NCBI GenBank assembly: GCA_020725805.1
Contig: DYEF01000070.1
Coordinates: 11,676 to 75,675 of the forward strand
Length of the DNA stretch: 64,000 nucleotides
Direction: 5' to 3'
From: Bdellovibrio sp.
Lineage (GTDB): Bacteria; Myxococcota; SpSt-1050
Shown here piece after piece: positions 60,680 through 64,000 of this stretch. Within the stretch, counting starts at the first letter, position 1. Each line of letters opens with the position of its first letter. A model generated the notes under the pieces. The model was not told the origin of the DNA, ran no database searches, and was given only the letters and a program-made list of their open reading frames with translations. Both the position numbers and the translations under genes were made by a program.

Positions 60680-61959
60680 TTCTTCCTCCATCTGCTCTTA
60701 AGCTTTATGTTCTTTGAATCCCTCAGTTCCGCAATGTTTTCTCTCAGCTTCTCTATGGCCCTTACGATATCATCCACATCCGATTTCGTCCCCATAAAAA
60801 GGCTTGCGTGCAGCCATACCGATTCGTGGTATGCCACATGTTCTGCTACAGGGCATACAAACTTAGTCGAGTTCAGTATATTTTTCCCGTAAATCCTCTT
60901 TATCATCGGATAATCATCGGCACTGACCCATACAAGAGGATTCTGATACAACGGAATATAAAAATCGCCTTCACAGGGGATACCTTCCGCGCTGAGTGCC
61001 GACACAAAGGCATCTCTCGTGACACCGTACCAGTCATCCTCGATGAACCTGAACAGATACTCATACATCGGCAGCTTCGTAATCTTCTTGTCTCTTTTGA
61101 GCAGCAGAATGCCCGGGAATCCCGATAGTTTCGATGAGAGATAATTTCCCATCTTCTCCCTGTGGTCCGTCTCCTTTTCAAGTCTCGTCATCTGACCCAG
61201 CAGAACTGCTGCCTGCAAATCTGAGATTCTGTAGTTCCAGCCGGTCATATTCCCCTTGAATGAATCATAGCCCTTCTCTTTTCTGCCGCAGTTTACAAGG
61301 GAGTGACATCTCTCGGCATATTCTTTGTCTGATGTAAGGATGATACCGCCCTCGCCTGCAGTCATAAGCTTGGAGGTCTGGAAACTGAAGGAACCGAAAT
61401 CCCCTATTGAACCAACACCTTTGTTTTTATAAAATCCGCCGTGAGCGTGGGCACAGTCTTCTATCACGACGAGTCTGTGTTTCCTTGCAATCTGCATAAT
61501 CCTGTCCATATCTGCAATGTTGGAGCCCAGATGAACAGGGATAATGGCCTTTGTACGTTTTGTAATCTTTTTTTCGATGTCTTCCGGGTCTATACAATAG
61601 GTTTCGGGGTCGATATCGGCAAATACCGGTATCGCATTTATGTAAACTGCCGCGAGAGCTGTTGCTGTCCATGTAAGTGCCGGAACAATCACCTCATCTC
61701 CTGCCGTAACACCCGCCGCCCTGAGAGCCACTTCGAGCGTTACAGTTCCGTTGGCAGCACATATCCCGTATTTTGCCTTGTGATAGGATGCAAACTTCTC
61801 CGCAAAAAGGCGTGCATATTTATTCGGAGCAGGAAATCCTCCCCAGTTATGACTCCTGAATGCATCGAGAAGATATCTCTCTTCACTTCTGTCATAGGGT
61901 GGCCACTTGGGAAATGGTCTCTTTCTGACAGGCTTTCCGCCATTGATAGCAAGCTTCAT
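60676..61959 (-). CDS. DegT/DnrJ/EryC1/StrS-family PLP-dependent sugar aminotransferase
   Basis: FSFQTSKLMTAGEGG PLP-lysine motif. VIEDCAHAHG. Confidence 0.9.
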   Translation of the reverse strand: MKLAINGGKPVRKRPFPKWPPYDRSEERYLLDAFRSHNWGGFPAPNKYARLFAEKFASYHKAKYGICAANGTVTLEVALRAAGVTAGDEVIVPALTWTATALAAVYINAIPVFADIDPETYCIDPEDIEKKITKRTKAIIPVHLGSNIADMDRIMQIARKHRLVVIEDCAHAHGGFYKNKGVGSIGDFGSFSFQTSKLMTAGEGGIILTSDKEYAERCHSLVNCGRKEKGYDSFKGNMTGWNYRISDLQAAVLLGQMTRLEKETDHREKMGNYLSSKLSGFPGILLLKRDKKITKLPMYEYLFRFIEDDWYGVTRDAFVSALSAEGIPCEGDFYIPLYQNPLVWVSADDYPMIKRIYGKNILNSTKFVCPVAEHVAYHESVWLHASLFMGTKSDVDDIVRAIEKLRENIAELRDSKNIKLKSRWRKK

Positions 61960-61969
61960 AAAAACCTCC

Positions 61970-63250
61970 TTATTTTAATCCTAAACTGAATCTTTTGTTT
62001 ATCATATTCACTACCTTTACTGCAACCTCTGCATCCATTACAAGCGGATTTGTCATAAGTGCAAGCAATGCCTTTTTATAACTCTTTTCTGTTGCTGCCT
62101 CAATCGTCAGTCTCTCATAACCTTTAACCATACGCATAAGCGAATAAAAATGGATGTTATCTATCGTGGTTTTGACCGGTAATGCACCCCGGGATGAAAT
62201 AACTGCGGGTATCTCGAGAACCTCCTCATTCTCAAAACCACCTACTGCACCTCTGTTTGGAACATTTACAACCTGTATATCGCCCCTGTTGTTTACTACC
62301 GAATCTATCACAGATGCCGCAACTCTCGAATAGTATGCTCCGCCTCTTTTGGAAAGGAGTGCCGGTTTGCTGTCTGTCCTTTTGTCCGAATATATTTTCA
62401 GCAGTTTCTTTTCGATCTTCAGGACCTCCTCTCCGCGCGTCAGTCCTGCCTTCCTCTGTTTCTCCAGCATCTTTCTGTTGAGGTAAAAATACCTCAGATA
62501 ATAACCCGGGAACGAACCGACTGCCGAAAGCATATCGGAAGGATAATCCATATCAGGGATGTTTTTCGGCGAGAAGTCCGAAACTGTCTTGCTGATGTTG
62601 TCGAGCTTTAATACCTTATTCCCGGTTTTAATTCCCCTTACCCATCCCAGATGATTGAGACCGATATAATCAAGTTCGATATGATCTGGAGAGACTTTCA
62701 GGTATGCGGCAATATCCATCTTCAGATTAATCGGAATATTGCACAGACCAATACATCTTATCCTGCTGAATCTGGTGATTGCCTCTGTGATAATCCCCGA
62801 GGGATTTGTAAAATTTATCAAAAAGGCATTCTTTGCGTATTTTTCATAGACCCGGCACTGCTCAAGCACCACGGGGATTGTACGCATAGCCTTCGAAAAA
62901 CCGCCGGCACCCGTCGTCTCCTGCCCGATTATCCCGAGCGATTTACCCATCTTTTCGTCAAAGATTCTTCCTCTCTGGAGCCCTACCCTTATCTGATTGA
63001 TAATAAAGTCCGCACCCGATACTGCATCTTTAAGAACCGAATGTCTTGTCAGCGGGATATTCTGTCCGGATGCTGCAATCATCCTCAATGAAAAGTTATA
63101 CAGGATATCAAGCCTTCTTGAGTCTGTATCGAAAAATGAAATCTCCCTGATATTCAGCACATTGTTTCTTTCAAGAAGCCCGTCAATCAGTTCAGGCGTA
63201 TAGGTCGAACCTGCCCCGATGACAGCAATCTTTATTCCTCTCATAATCAC
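61970..63250 (-). CDS. glycoside hydrolase family 4 (NAD+/Mn2+-dependent glucosidase)
   Basis: N-terminal KIAVIGAGSTYTPEL Rossmann motif of GH4. GLCNIP region. 426 aa. Confidence 0.9.
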   Translation of the reverse strand: MIMRGIKIAVIGAGSTYTPELIDGLLERNNVLNIREISFFDTDSRRLDILYNFSLRMIAASGQNIPLTRHSVLKDAVSGADFIINQIRVGLQRGRIFDEKMGKSLGIIGQETTGAGGFSKAMRTIPVVLEQCRVYEKYAKNAFLINFTNPSGIITEAITRFSRIRCIGLCNIPINLKMDIAAYLKVSPDHIELDYIGLNHLGWVRGIKTGNKVLKLDNISKTVSDFSPKNIPDMDYPSDMLSAVGSFPGYYLRYFYLNRKMLEKQRKAGLTRGEEVLKIEKKLLKIYSDKRTDSKPALLSKRGGAYYSRVAASVIDSVVNNRGDIQVVNVPNRGAVGGFENEEVLEIPAVISSRGALPVKTTIDNIHFYSLMRMVKGYERLTIEAATEKSYKKALLALMTNPLVMDAEVAVKVVNMINKRFSLGLK

Positions 63251-64000
63251 CTCGGGACAGACGGAACGGTAGAGAACGCATTCTGATTATCGCTTAATGC
63301 CTGCTTCTTCTCCTCCGAAAACATATATATCGAACCAAAGAGGTCGAGGTTCATAAATACCGAATTAGCCTGTTCGATATTCTTGCCTGCAAGGGAATGC
63401 TTGTATCCGAGAGAGAGCATAAGCGGAATCGGGAATTTGCCCTTCTCCATCAGCGGGAGTGTGGAGAATGTAAGTATAGTCGTGGAGACAAGCTCCTCTC
63501 TGTCCGTAAACTGCGAAAGTGCGTGGGTCTGGATATTTACGAGAGAGTAATCGGCCCCTTTTTCGTTGCAGTAAGGAATGTGGTACGTATCGTGTTCGAG
63601 TTTCGAAACAAGTTCACAGGCCATCGGCTGATAGGTCACCTCAAACTGGTCTCTCCATTTGTAATAGTAATAAAATTCTTGATTAAAAATAAACGTCTCT
63701 GTGATATTGAATCTAAACCCCAAATAGAAATCCATATTGTCCCCAATATCCCGTCTGAGCTCAATCAGACTATGTGAGCGATTGCCTATAGGCATAAAAT
63801 TTTCACCCTTATTTTTCGGATCATACTCTTCAGGTGTATTAGGGACATTTCTCGATACAGTTGGTACTCTGAATTTCTTTGTCTGAGGAAGCTGTGAGGT
63901 ATACCCTGTTGAAAAGTTGAGCCAGAGATTCATCCTTTTATATAGCAGAAAATCATTATTAAACCAGAATCCTATATCAAACTGCCCATCGCCAGCAGCC
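63247..64000 (-). CDS. hypothetical protein, 5' end beyond window
   Basis: Frame stays open upstream of the track's Met (63933) through position 64000. ATGA overlap with GH4 start. Confidence 0.45.
   Translation of the reverse strand, partial: AAGDGQFDIGFWFNNDFLLYKRMNLWLNFSTGYTSQLPQTKKFRVPTVSRNVPNTPEEYDPKNKGENFMPIGNRSHSLIELRRDIGDNMDFYLGFRFNITETFIFNQEFYYYYKWRDQFEVTYQPMACELVSKLEHDTYHIPYCNEKGADYSLVNIQTHALSQFTDREELVSTTILTFSTLPLMEKGKFPIPLMLSLGYKHSLAGKNIEQANSVFMNLDLFGSIYMFSEEKKQALSDNQNAFSTVPSVPR

Overview
The window is a gene-dense (~90 % coding) chromosomal segment from a diderm bacterium of uncertain lineage. Lineage cannot be assigned from this sequence, but the envelope genes (FadL-like and other beta-barrel outer-membrane proteins, many lipobox lipoproteins) indicate a two-membrane cell. 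No transposase, integrase, CRISPR array or rRNA was seen. Housekeeping genes include ligA, a dihydrolipoyl dehydrogenase, a ClpA/ClpC-type AAA+ chaperone, coaE, an orphan parB next to a bactofilin, and tRNA-Arg(TCT) + tRNA-His(GTG). The accessory content is dominated by signalling and envelope functions. Three points stand out. (1) A family of at least five paralogous lipoproteins carries a Cys-rich module and/or an acidic Asp-Ile/Val-Ser repeat tether fused to unrelated C-terminal domains. (2) A tight five-gene operon encodes a Hanks Ser/Thr kinase with a PEGA-like ectodomain, a TPR/2-TM membrane protein, an FHA-GAF-sigma54 enhancer-binding protein and two lipoproteins. A second PEGA-type kinase lies 33 kb away. 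(3) A roughly 130-220 bp intergenic element occurs twice, in the 4.5 kb gap and upstream of the tRNA pair, and ends in tandem (N)TGGACT heptamers. Other noteworthy items are a GAF-HD-GYP phosphodiesterase, a GAF-GGDEF cyclase and a PilZ-receiver hybrid beside a solo type IV pilin, a ~1000-aa tail-fibre-like repeat protein with in-phase 840-bp DNA repeats, and a four-gene operon of exported proteins. An unannotated 57-codon ORF with a strong RBS lies in the pilin neighbourhood. Coordinates computed from the printed sequence can be off by 1 nt in places (line 58861 prints 61 characters), so the ORF-track coordinates are authoritative. All functional calls rest on motif recognition by eye, not database searches.
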